Below, one piece after another: positions 1 through 11,296 of a stretch of DNA of 64,000 nucleotides. The notes beneath the pieces were generated by a model. It searched no databases. It was not told the DNA's origin and worked only from the letters and a program-made list of their open reading frames with translations. Origin of the DNA: Marispirochaeta sp. (GTDB lineage: Bacteria; Spirochaetota; Spirochaetia; JC444; Marispirochaetaceae); contig CAXXFF010000002.1 of the NCBI GenBank assembly GCA_963676835.2, positions 160,001 to 224,000 on the forward strand. The letters run 5' to 3'. Within the stretch, counting starts at the first letter, position 1. Each line of letters starts with the position of its first letter. A program made the translations under genes and the position numbers.

Positions 1-326
1 AGACCACCGAGGATAAGCCCCAGGTTAATAGGGTTAACCCACAGGTTGTAGCTTGTGGCGTCTACTCCGTAGAGAAAAGCCACTGATACTGCAGCAGTTC
101 CGGCAAACATCCACATAAGTACCCGCATCAGCTTTGCTGACCCGGTTCTGTATGCCCGGTTAACGCTTCCGGCAAAGCCCATAAAGGCCCGGGTCAGGGC
201 ATAGCCGAACCCGATTCCCGCCAGCAGCCGGAAGAAGAGCATCTGGGTACCCAGAAAAGCTCCGCCGAAAATCAGTACAACTGCAATCAGGGCAAAGCCC
301 AGAATATTCTCAATTTTACTGTTCAT
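1..326 (-). CDS. YeeE/YedE-family (thio)sulfur-compound transporter, 5' part (runs off left edge)
   Basis: Manual translation from ATG at 326: MNSKIENILGFALIAVV...RLLAGIGFGYALTRAFMGFAGSVNRAYRTGS...NLWVNPINLGLILGG. Hydrophobic with YeeE-type motifs; 18 nt downstream of the CoADR gene. Not in the ORF track. Confidence 0.75.
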   Translation of the reverse strand, partial: MNSKIENILGFALIAVVLIFGGAFLGTQMLFFRLLAGIGFGYALTRAFMGFAGSVNRAYRTGSAKLMRVLMWMFAGTAAVSVAFLYGVDATSYNLWVNPINLGLILGG

Positions 327-344
327 TCTGTGATCATCCCTTTA

Positions 345-2045
345 TCAGTCAAAGTTGTAACCGGTGAGTATGGGTTCCCTTCCGCTTACCTGATCATTGT
401 AGTATTCGAAAAAGGAAATTCCCATAAATCCGCCGGAAATATTTATTACTTCATCCCAACCGCGGTTTTTCAGCGCCATAACAGCATTGTAACTTCTCTG
501 TCCGCTTCGGCAGTGCAGGTAAATCGGCTTGTCTTTGGGGAACTCATCAAGCCGTTCTCTGAGCTGACTCAGGGGAATATTAACCGCACCCTTAAGATGT
601 GACTGTTCATATTCGTAGACTTCCCGAACATCAAAGATAGCAGCCCCGCTTTCTACCAGGCCCCGGACATCGCTGACATTTACCTGCCGGAAATCATCAT
701 GGAGAAGGTTGGTTCCTACATAGCCTGCAAAGTTAACCACGTCTTTTGCGGTGCCGAAGGGGGGCGCATAACAGAGCTCAAGGTCTTTCAGATCATGGAT
801 GGTTCCGTTGAACTTGATCACCGTTGCAATTACATCGATTCTCTTGTCAACATTTCCTTTTCCAATTGCCTGGGCTCCAAGGATTTTTCCGGTGGGGATT
901 TCATACACAAGCTTGAAATGAAGGCTCTTGCTGGAAGGCATAAGCCCGACCTTGTCTCCGGGAATAATACGTACACAGCTGTAATCGATCTTCAAACCGC
1001 TGTGCTGAATAAATCCACAGGTCAAACCAGTGGAGGCGGCATTGTAATCAAACACCTTCAGAATTGAAGATCCGATATAGCCGCGGTTATCCACATACTG
1101 CTTATTGATATGGTCCGCAACACTTCTGGCCTGTTTCTGTGCCGGTCCGGCCAGGGGAAGCTTGAAATAGTCGTCAAAAAGGTAGCTGTATACTTCAATG
1201 GCATCACCAACAGCGTAGATATCCTTGTCTACTGTCCGGTAATTCTGGTCCACCTTCATTGCACCGGTTTTTCCGAGCTCAAGGCCGGCCTGTTTTGCAA
1301 GATCTGTTTCCGGAGAAACTCCGATTGCCATTATTACAATGTCAGTTTCGATTTTCTTGCCCGATTCAAGAAGAATCGCATTGGTATCGAAAGCGGTCAC
1401 CTTGTCGTCTACTATAAGGTTTACGCCCTGATCATGAATCTCCTTGTGGAGAATCTGCACCATATCGTAATCGAGGATTCTCAGAATCTGGGGCATAGCC
1501 TCAACGAGGGTCACTTCGTAACCGGCCTCTTTCAGGTTTTCAACCGTTTCGATTCCGATAAATCCACCGCCGATTACACTGATCTTCTTAACATCCTTAT
1601 TTCTGATTGCTTTGGCAATTTTAGCAATGTCTACTACATTTCGAATGGTGTAATGATTTACCTTCTCAATACCAGGAATAGGGGGAACAATAGGTTTTCC
1701 GCCGGGAGAGAGTATCAGCTTGTCATAAGACTCGGTATAGGTCTTTCCTGTATCAAGATCGGCAACAGTGACTTCTTTGGCCTCTCTGTTAATCGCAACA
1801 ACTTCATTATTTATACGTACATCAATATTGTACTGTTTCTTGAAGAGCTCAGGCGTCATAAGGACAAGATCTTCAGCCTTTTCGATCATTCCGCTCAGAT
1901 GATAGGGAAGACAACAGTTGGAAAAGGATACGTTCGGACCTTTCTCAAATACAATTATCTGATCTTCTTCACTGTGTCTTCGAAGCCGTGCAGCAGCTGA
2001 TGCACCTCCGGCAACACCGCCGACAACAAGCATTTTTCTTGACAT
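345..2045 (-). CDS. cdr: CoA-disulfide/persulfide reductase with C-terminal rhodanese domain (CoADR-RHD)
   Basis: GGVAGG FAD motif, SFSNC redox Cys, GGGFIG NAD(P)H motif, YAVGD, CYAPPF, and C-terminal rhodanese HCRSGQRS. Confidence 0.9.
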   Translation of the reverse strand: MSRKMLVVGGVAGGASAAARLRRHSEEDQIIVFEKGPNVSFSNCCLPYHLSGMIEKAEDLVLMTPELFKKQYNIDVRINNEVVAINREAKEVTVADLDTGKTYTESYDKLILSPGGKPIVPPIPGIEKVNHYTIRNVVDIAKIAKAIRNKDVKKISVIGGGFIGIETVENLKEAGYEVTLVEAMPQILRILDYDMVQILHKEIHDQGVNLIVDDKVTAFDTNAILLESGKKIETDIVIMAIGVSPETDLAKQAGLELGKTGAMKVDQNYRTVDKDIYAVGDAIEVYSYLFDDYFKLPLAGPAQKQARSVADHINKQYVDNRGYIGSSILKVFDYNAASTGLTCGFIQHSGLKIDYSCVRIIPGDKVGLMPSSKSLHFKLVYEIPTGKILGAQAIGKGNVDKRIDVIATVIKFNGTIHDLKDLELCYAPPFGTAKDVVNFAGYVGTNLLHDDFRQVNVSDVRGLVESGAAIFDVREVYEYEQSHLKGAVNIPLSQLRERLDEFPKDKPIYLHCRSGQRSYNAVMALKNRGWDEVINISGGFMGISFFEYYNDQVSGREPILTGYNFD

Positions 2046-2228
2046 CTCAATCTCCTTATGAAGGTAAATGTATATATATGCTAAATGATATCTTAACTCT
2101 ATATTACTGCTGTATCGTAACTATGTAAACAGAAACACCCATGTTTTTGTTCTTTCAGATCACAAAAACGCTATTTTTATATTTTTATTAAGAAAATTTG
2201 CATTCTAATAAACCTTGCACCAAACTTA

Positions 2229-2258
2229 TTGACAACGGTAAAATATAGATGTTAGTTT
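2229..2258 (+). promoter_or_regulatory. Putative sigma70 promoter for the rhodanese genes
   Basis: TTGACA (2229-2234) and extended -10 TGtTAGTTT (2250-2258) in an AT-rich divergent intergenic region. Confidence 0.55.
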
Positions 2259-2300
2259 ATATAGCAATAGAGAAATCTTACTTTATTAAGGATTTTATAT

Positions 2301-3224
2301 ATGATTAGAGTTCGGAAAATATGGGCTGTCTTAATCCTTATTCCGGTGCTGCTTGTCGGCGCCTGCTCTTTTGTGGATTACGCGGACTCAGGAACCCTTA
2401 TTATCACCGCTTCTGATGCTGTGGATAAAATAGAATCCGGATACATACTGGTGGACGCTCAGCGGGCATCCTCCTATAAAAAAGAACATATTGAAAATGC
2501 GGTCAACATCGAACGCAACCAGATAATGATTAAAGAGCCTGTTGCCAACACCCTGGCCACGGGAGATATTATTGCCGATGCTGCAGGAAAAGCAGGACTC
2601 ACCGAAAACTCCAACCTGCTGATCTATGACGATAACATGAACATGGATTCCTCCCGGCTCTGGTGGACCCTGAAGATATACGACCACAAAGGGGATATAC
2701 GTATTGTTTCCGGCGGCCTGCCTGCATTGAAAGCCGCAGGACTGACCGTTACAGACAAGGCTGCCACCGTAACAGCAGCTGAATATAAAGCCTCCCCGCT
2801 CAACACAGATATGCTTGCAGTAAAAGAAGATATTCAGGCCAACATCAACGATCCTGCCGATGGATTTGTACTGATCGATGTCAGAAGCGATGAAGAATAC
2901 AATGCAGGCACCATTCCCGGTTCAATTCATATAAATCACGAAAAAAATATGTTCGTTAACGAGGATAAGGGAACAACCTTCCGGCCGGTATCCCACAATC
3001 GCATCCTCTATAAGGAACTTGGCATAACACCGGACTGTGAGATTGTGATGTACTGCAAGAGTTCAGTCCGTGCTGCCAATACCTATGCAGCCCTGTATAA
3101 CGCAGGATACCGGAACCTGAAAATATATGACGGCGCCTATCTGGAGTGGGCGGCGGAAAAACTGCCTGTGATTAAAACAGAGGTAGATGTAAAGGTAACT
3201 ACATCCCAGTCAGACAACTCCTGA
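2301..3224 (+). CDS. Tandem-domain rhodanese/sulfurtransferase, lipoprotein
   Basis: Lipobox VGAC; EHIENAVNI, RLWWTLK, DVRSDEEY..GTIPG, active loop YCKSSVRA, YDGAYLEW. Confidence 0.85.
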   Translation: MIRVRKIWAVLILIPVLLVGACSFVDYADSGTLIITASDAVDKIESGYILVDAQRASSYKKEHIENAVNIERNQIMIKEPVANTLATGDIIADAAGKAGLTENSNLLIYDDNMNMDSSRLWWTLKIYDHKGDIRIVSGGLPALKAAGLTVTDKAATVTAAEYKASPLNTDMLAVKEDIQANINDPADGFVLIDVRSDEEYNAGTIPGSIHINHEKNMFVNEDKGTTFRPVSHNRILYKELGITPDCEIVMYCKSSVRAANTYAALYNAGYRNLKIYDGAYLEWAAEKLPVIKTEVDVKVTTSQSDNS

Positions 3225-3280
3225 CGGGATAGTTAATAGTCTCTCACAAGAGATCGATTTTTGTTCAAGGAGATCATTGT

Positions 3281-4201
3281 ATGAAGAAATTTCTGTACTT
3301 GCTGCTTATGGCAGCCCTGGTTTTCAGTGCATGCAGCAAAAGTGAACCTGCAAGCGCAGCTGCGGAAAAACCCGCTGAGACTGCAGCTGCAGTAGAGACA
3401 GTTGATACCGTAAAGGTTGCAGCTGAAGCATATTTCGGAGATTACCCCGGTTCCAGAATCATTCCCGCCGACAAGGTTTTCGAAGCCATGGATGCAGGAG
3501 AAGATTTCATCCTTCTCGATATCAGAAGAGCCGATGATTACGCAAAGGGTCACCTGAAAGGCGCAGTAAATGCACCCTGGGGACCTGCAATAGCAGACGC
3601 TTTAAACTGGCTGCCTGACGATGTTCCTGTATACGTCAACTGCTATACAGGTCAGACTGCAGGCCAGACTGTTGCGGTTCTCAACATTGCGGGCATTCAG
3701 GCACAGTCCATCAAATACGGATGGAACCTGGGTATTTCCAAAACTGAGGGCTTTGACAACTATGTTGAAACCAGCGCCAATATGAGCCCCGATGCAGCGG
3801 GTGTAAAATATGATGCAGATGTAAAAGCTGCTGCTGAAGCTTTCTTCAACGCAATTCCCGACAAAGGAAGTAACATCATCGCAGCTCCTGCACTCAAGGA
3901 AAAGATGGATGCGGAAGAGCAGATGACCATAGTTTCCATCAGACAGCCTGAAGATTATGCAAAGGGTCACATTGAAGGCGCAATCAACATTCCCTTCGGT
4001 GCCGGTATGCAGGAAAAATTCGCACAGCTTCCCACCGACGAAAAGGTTTACGTATACTGTTACTCCGGACAGACTGCAGGTCAAACTGTAGGTGTTCTGA
4101 GAATGCTTGGATACGATGCCGTATCGGTAAAAAGCGGAATGGGAACTACCGGTACCAACGGTTCCGGATGGGGCAATGAAGGCCTCCCCACTGTTCAGTA
4201 G
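3281..4201 (+). CDS. Double rhodanese-domain lipoprotein
   Basis: Lipobox FSAC; two repeats with GH(L/I)xGA(V/I)N and CY(T/S)GQTAGQ loops. Confidence 0.85.
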   Translation: MKKFLYLLLMAALVFSACSKSEPASAAAEKPAETAAAVETVDTVKVAAEAYFGDYPGSRIIPADKVFEAMDAGEDFILLDIRRADDYAKGHLKGAVNAPWGPAIADALNWLPDDVPVYVNCYTGQTAGQTVAVLNIAGIQAQSIKYGWNLGISKTEGFDNYVETSANMSPDAAGVKYDADVKAAAEAFFNAIPDKGSNIIAAPALKEKMDAEEQMTIVSIRQPEDYAKGHIEGAINIPFGAGMQEKFAQLPTDEKVYVYCYSGQTAGQTVGVLRMLGYDAVSVKSGMGTTGTNGSGWGNEGLPTVQ

Positions 4202-4222
4202 TTTATTCCACCGTTTTTATTC

Positions 4223-4251
4223 AACCCGGAGCTTCGGCTTCGGGTTTTTTT
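4223..4251 (+). terminator. Rho-independent terminator
   Basis: AACCCGGAGC-TTCG-GCTTCGGGTT hairpin followed by a T run. Confidence 0.85.
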
Positions 4252-4343
4252 ATGTCCCTGCGAAAAAAAATCGTAGCTGTATTGAATTAACACAGTGCTG
4301 TGGACTATCTTAATAGCAAGTAATTGCCATTACGGAGGAAAAT

Positions 4344-4718
4344 ATGAAAAAGATCGGGCTTTTAGCAATTGTTGTACTTTTTATGGCGTCTTGTACCACC
4401 GTGAGTTTTCAGGGAATGCAGATGACCAAGGATGTACCATCCTTTAATGTTGTAGGAGAATTTGAGAAGGTTGTTGCCCATAACGGAATCATCGGAAACG
4501 CCGCCGGCTACAAACTTATTCAGATGAACGATAACGATGAGAGAATTTTCTCTATCATTACCGATGAAATTCAGAAGAAAGGCGGAGATGCCGCAATCGA
4601 TGTAACCATCGAATACCGGGCTGACATCCTTGATATCCTTATTACCGGTGTAACCTTCAGCCTCTTTTCTCCCTCTGACATTGTAATCAAGGGTACCATT
4701 ATCAAGTACACAAACTGA
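4344..4718 (+). CDS. Small hypothetical lipoprotein
   Basis: GGAGG RBS, signal peptide with lipobox MASC, own terminator. Confidence 0.75.
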   Translation: MKKIGLLAIVVLFMASCTTVSFQGMQMTKDVPSFNVVGEFEKVVAHNGIIGNAAGYKLIQMNDNDERIFSIITDEIQKKGGDAAIDVTIEYRADILDILITGVTFSLFSPSDIVIKGTIIKYTN

Positions 4719-4745
4719 TACTGCTCCACTTTTCGGAGCACCTTG

Positions 4746-4773
4746 AACGGGCCTGACTTCAGGCCCGTTTTTT
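4746..4773 (+). terminator. Rho-independent terminator
   Basis: AACGGGCCTGA/TCAGGCCCGTT stem plus T run. Confidence 0.8.
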
Positions 4774-4812
4774 AATACAAACACTCCTGCACGAATATCA
4801 TTAGGATAATCA

Positions 4813-5979
4813 ATGAAACGAGATAAAAGGCTGCTGATCTATCCTGCAGCATTCGCAGTTAATGCCGGGATCACCATGCTGAATTTCAGTCTTATTTTCT
4901 TTATGCGCAGAAACTACGGAACATCCCCCTCCCTGGTGGGCTGGCTCTCCGCCTTCTGGGCCCTGGCCTACCTGGCAGGCTGCCTTGGACTTGGTGGATT
5001 AAGCCGCAGACTCTCGTACAGAAAAGCCCTGCCTCTGGCTACCTTTACCATGGGCCTTTCGGTACTGCTTATTCTCGTTATCCCATCAGAAACAGCCGCC
5101 TTTGTCTGGTATGTTCTCTTCGGTTTTATTACAGCCCTTCACTGGCCGCCGCTTATGGGCTGGCTTTCCGAGGGGCTGGAAGGTCAGGATTTGAACCGCT
5201 CCGTGGGAGGTTTCAATATCTCATGGAGCACTGGAGCCGGGGCCGGGCCCTTTATCGCAGGCTTTCTGGTGGAGCAAAGCGTTACCCTCCCCCTCTGGGT
5301 AATAACAGGTCTCTACTGGATTATTGCCCTGACCTATAGCATCTCCCTGATGGTCTACAGCGGAAAAACCGCCCTGATAAGCGAAGGGACATCATTAACG
5401 GAAGATCAGGTTCAGCAGAACGACAACAGCTCTCCTCTCCGATTTGCCGGCTGGATAGGCGTTGGATCCTCCTATACCCTTTTAGGAGTACTCCTGTTTA
5501 TTTTTCCCATGTATGCGGTAGACAAGCTTGGTTACAGCGAAAGCTTCACAGGCATGCTGCTCTTTATGCGGGGAACCGTTACTGTAGCCGGTTTCTATCT
5601 TGCCGGTAAAACACTCTTCTGGCACAACAACAGCAGGCAGATAAGCATAAGCCAACTGCTGCTGGGCTTGACGGCGCTGGCTCTTGCCTTTGTTTCAGCA
5701 TCTTCTCTCTACATTGTGCTGTTTGTTCTGTTCGGGCTTACCTTCGCACTGCAGTATGCCACCAGCATTTTTCATGGTGTTTCCGGATCAATCGACAGGG
5801 AACGGCGGATGGCCATCCATGAATCCGCCCTGACCATAGGCATTATGATAGGATCCGCCGGCGGCGGCCTCCTGTATGAAAGCCTCTCTTTCCGCACTGT
5901 TCTCATACTTACCGCTCTGCTGATCTTTCTTGCAGGACTTTCACAGATAGTCAGCTTCAAAAAAAAGGCCGCTTCCTGA
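4813..5979 (+). CDS. MFS transporter
   Basis: 388 aa with about 12 hydrophobic segments; GPFIAG-type motif. Confidence 0.8.
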   Translation: MKRDKRLLIYPAAFAVNAGITMLNFSLIFFMRRNYGTSPSLVGWLSAFWALAYLAGCLGLGGLSRRLSYRKALPLATFTMGLSVLLILVIPSETAAFVWYVLFGFITALHWPPLMGWLSEGLEGQDLNRSVGGFNISWSTGAGAGPFIAGFLVEQSVTLPLWVITGLYWIIALTYSISLMVYSGKTALISEGTSLTEDQVQQNDNSSPLRFAGWIGVGSSYTLLGVLLFIFPMYAVDKLGYSESFTGMLLFMRGTVTVAGFYLAGKTLFWHNNSRQISISQLLLGLTALALAFVSASSLYIVLFVLFGLTFALQYATSIFHGVSGSIDRERRMAIHESALTIGIMIGSAGGGLLYESLSFRTVLILTALLIFLAGLSQIVSFKKKAAS

Positions 5980-5993
5980 AGCCAGGAAGCGGC
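5959..5993 (-). terminator. groEL terminator (overlaps 3' end of the convergent MFS gene)
   Basis: 11-bp perfect stem GCCGCTTCCTG/CAGGAAGCGGC; the A8 run at 5959-5966 reads as a U tract on the minus strand. Confidence 0.8.
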
Positions 5994-6029
5994 AGATGTT
6001 ACAAATCCTCTAAAAAGGGGAGCTAAAGC

Positions 6030-7939
<1,910 letters not shown>

Positions 7940-8006
7940 TTCCGATCTCCATATAATTGTGTTCTTTTATACTCTTCACCGAAGAGTTTGTTTGCCCAAA
8001 GATATT

Positions 8007-8023
8007 AGCAAAAATCGTGCCAG
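8007..8023 (-). promoter_or_regulatory. Sigma54 (RpoN) -24/-12 promoter upstream of groES
   Basis: Minus strand reads CTGGCACGATTTTTGCT, an exact match to YTGGCACG-N4-TTGCW, about 67 nt before the groES ATG and correctly oriented. Confidence 0.75.
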
Positions 8024-8051
8024 AAAAATTTCACAACTTAATTCATTGCTA

Positions 8052-8081
8052 AATATACATTTACGTATAATTAACTGTCAA
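8052..8081 (-). promoter_or_regulatory. Putative sigma70 promoter upstream of groES
   Basis: Minus strand TTGACA-N18-TATATT. Confidence 0.5.
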
Positions 8082-8209
8082 CTCGGATCTTGCCTGTTTT
8101 TGTTAATAAGAAAAAATGACCCACACTTCAGAATTTACCACTTTTTATGTGTCATATTGACTCAACCGGCAGCATCAAGAGATGCATGCCGGCCTGGAGT
8201 CCTGACATA

Positions 8210-8746
8210 TTATCCTGCAGAAGAAAGAGGCCCGATAAACGTGGTGGGAACCGATACTGTTCGGGTTCCTAGATCCTTATCGAGCATAAAAAGACCGGGA
8301 CCCTTCTCGCCTCCGGAGAGTTCAAGGTGAGCAATAATGTCGCTGGCGCTCTTTTCTTCCTCTACCTGCTCGGTTACATACCATTGCAGAAATGTATAGG
8401 TTGCATAATCATGCTCTTCTTCCGCAATCCGCACCAGGGCATTGATAGAGGCGGTAACCTCCTGTTCATGGGCCAGGGTTGACTTGAGAAGAGCCATAGC
8501 GGAATCCCAGCTCTCTTCAGGCTTATCAATAGCCTTCAGCACAACCTTGCCGCCCTGATCCTGCACATACTCATACATCTTCATGGCATGAAACATCTCT
8601 TCGTGATATTGAGCCATAAACCAGGTGGCAAAGCCGTCGAGTCCTATATCACTGCTGTGGGATGACATGGCCATGTAGAGATAGCCTGAGTAAAGTTCCT
8701 TGTTAATCTGTTCATTTAACGCTTCAAGCATTTTCTTTGAAATCAT
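8210..8746 (-). CDS. ftnA: Non-heme ferritin
   Basis: LNEQINKELYSGYLY, EEMFHA, HEQEVT, FLQWYVTEQVEEE ferroxidase residues. Confidence 0.93.
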   Translation of the reverse strand: MISKKMLEALNEQINKELYSGYLYMAMSSHSSDIGLDGFATWFMAQYHEEMFHAMKMYEYVQDQGGKVVLKAIDKPEESWDSAMALLKSTLAHEQEVTASINALVRIAEEEHDYATYTFLQWYVTEQVEEEKSASDIIAHLELSGGEKGPGLFMLDKDLGTRTVSVPTTFIGPLSSAG

Positions 8747-8815
8747 CTGAATCTCCTGAGAGTCTATTTGATCTCAAAGTACTAATCTTTATCAGGATGG
8801 TAAAGAAATATCAGT

Positions 8816-9328
8816 TCAACCCTCGCGCACCCGGAAGGTTGCCTTCAAAGCGGAGCCAAGGTCGGCAAGATGCCTGCTGCGGGGAGAATGAATACCCAGG
8901 TCAAGCAGAACATCATCCCGGTTTCGCTGCAGCCAGCGGTAAATTCTGGAAGCCCCCTGATCGGGGTCGGTATACCCGGCTGAGGCCGCCTGTACAAGCC
9001 GCAGCATCTCATCCTCTCCGAAGGTTTTGCGCTGGGTCTGGAAGTCTACTATAAAACTTTTTCCAAAGGCTCCTTTTTCGATAACAACCGGCTGATTACT
9101 GTTCGGCTCACGTTTGACCGTATCGGTCTTTCCGGCACTAACGGATCGACCTGATGAAACCTTTTCTGCTTCCTGGTTCAGCATGTCCACCCGCTGGTTA
9201 TAAATAAGGGTATTGGCCTGTTTAATAAGAAACAGCAGCCCATCGGCATCGACATCCTTTATAAGGCCGCGAAGTTCTTTAAGATATTTCTGCCTGGGAT
9301 CATCCTTATCAATGCTTTTCCCGCCCAT
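8816..9328 (-). CDS. Hypothetical protein
   Basis: 170-aa ORF with GGAGG RBS, between the GGDEF/EAL gene and ferritin on the same strand. Confidence 0.7.
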   Translation of the reverse strand: MGGKSIDKDDPRQKYLKELRGLIKDVDADGLLFLIKQANTLIYNQRVDMLNQEAEKVSSGRSVSAGKTDTVKREPNSNQPVVIEKGAFGKSFIVDFQTQRKTFGEDEMLRLVQAASAGYTDPDQGASRIYRWLQRNRDDVLLDLGIHSPRSRHLADLGSALKATFRVREG

Positions 9329-9343
9329 TCCGGCCTCCCCTGA

Positions 9344-11167
9344 TTATATCCGGCCGCGGCGTTCGTCCTTGAGACGACGCAGAAGATCTTTTACCGCCAG
9401 AGCCTTACTGTAATAGTAGCCCTGATGCAGAAAACATCCATGAGATTCCAGAAAATTCACATGCCCCTCTGTCTGCACACCCTCAGCCACAACCTCCAGA
9501 TTGAGGCTTTTTACCAGCCTTATGATACTCCGTACAATTTTCCGGTTTTTCTTTTCATGCAGCGCAGAAACAAAGGATTTATCAATTTTAATATAATCGA
9601 TGGGCAGGGTGGAGAGATGACTGAAAGAAGAATAGCCTGTACCAAAATCATCCACCATAAAGCTGAGTCCTGGATGGTTCTGCTTCAGTCTGATAATCTT
9701 CCGCCGGGTTTCTTCCGGCTCTTTAAGAAAAGCGCCTTCGGTGATCTCTATCTTAAGCCCCCGGGGATCCACATTATAACGGGACAGCATTACACTGACC
9801 ATCTCTTCAAATTTTGGATCTTCAAACTGCCGGGGACTCACATTTACGCTTATATATGCCTCGTAGTCATATTTCTGCAGATGGCCCAGCATACGGCAGG
9901 ATTTCCGCATAATTTCCGCCCCCAGAGGAATAATCAGCCCCGTCTCTTCAGCGAGGGATATAAAATTTTCCGGAGAAATATTTCCATCCCGGGGATGTTT
10001 CCAGCGGATAAGGGCTTCCATGCCAAAGATCCCCCGGCCGGTACGGTAGACAGGCTGGAATGCCACTTTTATCTGGGTGGTAAAAAGCGCTGCCCTCAGC
10101 CCCTCCTCAAGGTGCAGCCGCCGGGTAACCTGCCGGTTCATCTCCGTGGTAAAATAGCGGAAGGTGTTGCCCCGCTCTTTGGCTCTGTACATTGCAATAT
10201 CGGCATTGCTGATAAGGGTGGAAATCTCCCAGCCATCGTCGGGAATAACCGCAATTCCGACACTGACTCCCAGACTTATGGAGGGCATTTTCGGGTTATA
10301 CTGTATGGGATAGGGTTTTCGCACATCCTGAATGATCTTCCGTGCAACCACCGCCGCATCACTGGGATCTGCAAGATAGGGTAAAAGAACCACAAATTCA
10401 TCACCACCGAAGCGGAAAACATCCTCCCCGGATTCTTCACCATTCTGTTCAACCCGAAACACATGATCACTGTTCCTCAGGCAGCTGTGGAGCCTGTGGG
10501 AACATTCAACCAGAATATCGTCTCCCACATGATGCCCCAGGGTATCATTCACCTTTTTGAATCCATCCAGATCCAGGAAAAGCAGAGCTCCCTTCCTGTT
10601 CCCGTAGCGGCGCATCTCATCCAGATACGCCTTGAGAGAATCCTGAAAGAGATCACGGTTTCCAAGGGCAGTCAGCTTGTCATGATAGGCCAGATACCGC
10701 AGCTTACGTTCGGTTTTCTTCCGCTCCGTAATATCACGGATAATACAGGGAAGACTTTTCTTCCCCATTGTATCTACGGCAATCCCGAAGGAAATTTCCA
10801 GAGGGACTATTTCACCACTGCTGTTCCGGCCAAGTACTTCAAGATGATTTCCCAGCCCCCGTGCTTTCCGGGCATCCAGATCGAGGTTAAAATAGTCTGC
10901 CACCTGAGGAGCAATCCTGCGGTATTCCGATGCCGGAAAAAGCTTTTTAACAGGGGAGCCTACAATTTCAGCAGGAGCAATACCGAAAAGTGATTTTATA
11001 ACCGTATTGGCATAGAGGATTTCAAGCTCATCGGTAATCTGTATAATTCCGTCAGAGGTTGTTTCAGCCAGGGACCGGTAACGCTTTTTAAGATCTATAA
11101 GTTCATTGCGGTATTGTTCCAGTTCCAGCGACTCATCCTGAGCTGTACTGATTACACTAACATCCAT
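9344..11167 (-). CDS. PAS-GGDEF-EAL diguanylate cyclase/phosphodiesterase
   Basis: PAS/PAC (IIRDITERK), DLDGFKKVNDTLGH, intact GGDEF, EAL, DDFGTGYSS. Confidence 0.93.
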   Translation of the reverse strand: MDVSVISTAQDESLELEQYRNELIDLKKRYRSLAETTSDGIIQITDELEILYANTVIKSLFGIAPAEIVGSPVKKLFPASEYRRIAPQVADYFNLDLDARKARGLGNHLEVLGRNSSGEIVPLEISFGIAVDTMGKKSLPCIIRDITERKKTERKLRYLAYHDKLTALGNRDLFQDSLKAYLDEMRRYGNRKGALLFLDLDGFKKVNDTLGHHVGDDILVECSHRLHSCLRNSDHVFRVEQNGEESGEDVFRFGGDEFVVLLPYLADPSDAAVVARKIIQDVRKPYPIQYNPKMPSISLGVSVGIAVIPDDGWEISTLISNADIAMYRAKERGNTFRYFTTEMNRQVTRRLHLEEGLRAALFTTQIKVAFQPVYRTGRGIFGMEALIRWKHPRDGNISPENFISLAEETGLIIPLGAEIMRKSCRMLGHLQKYDYEAYISVNVSPRQFEDPKFEEMVSVMLSRYNVDPRGLKIEITEGAFLKEPEETRRKIIRLKQNHPGLSFMVDDFGTGYSSFSHLSTLPIDYIKIDKSFVSALHEKKNRKIVRSIIRLVKSLNLEVVAEGVQTEGHVNFLESHGCFLHQGYYYSKALAVKDLLRRLKDERRGRI

Positions 11168-11296
11168 AAATCATTAAACCTTTTCTATTACAGGTTCCAG
11201 TATACCAGATTTTGCATACACTGGAACACTTTTATTCCGCTTTTTACTTTAATCCCCGATTCGGGACTAGTACTTTCTATTTATGAGGCTTAAGAA

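Noticed and set aside
699..2000. Long antisense ORFs (also 9425-10384, 16146-17258, 43264-44163, 46246-47076, 60073-60771 and others)
   Set aside because: Shadow frames of well-supported genes on the opposite strand, with no recognisable motifs
2301..4201. Selenocysteine read-through in the rhodanese genes
   Set aside because: Active-site positions are ordinary Cys codons, and the ORFs are full length with no internal TGA
8005..8052. TTAGCA...TGCTAA inverted repeat upstream of groES as a CIRCE element
   Set aside because: It spans 48 bp rather than 27 and lacks the CTC/GAG inner bases; the left arm is explained by the sigma54 -12 box
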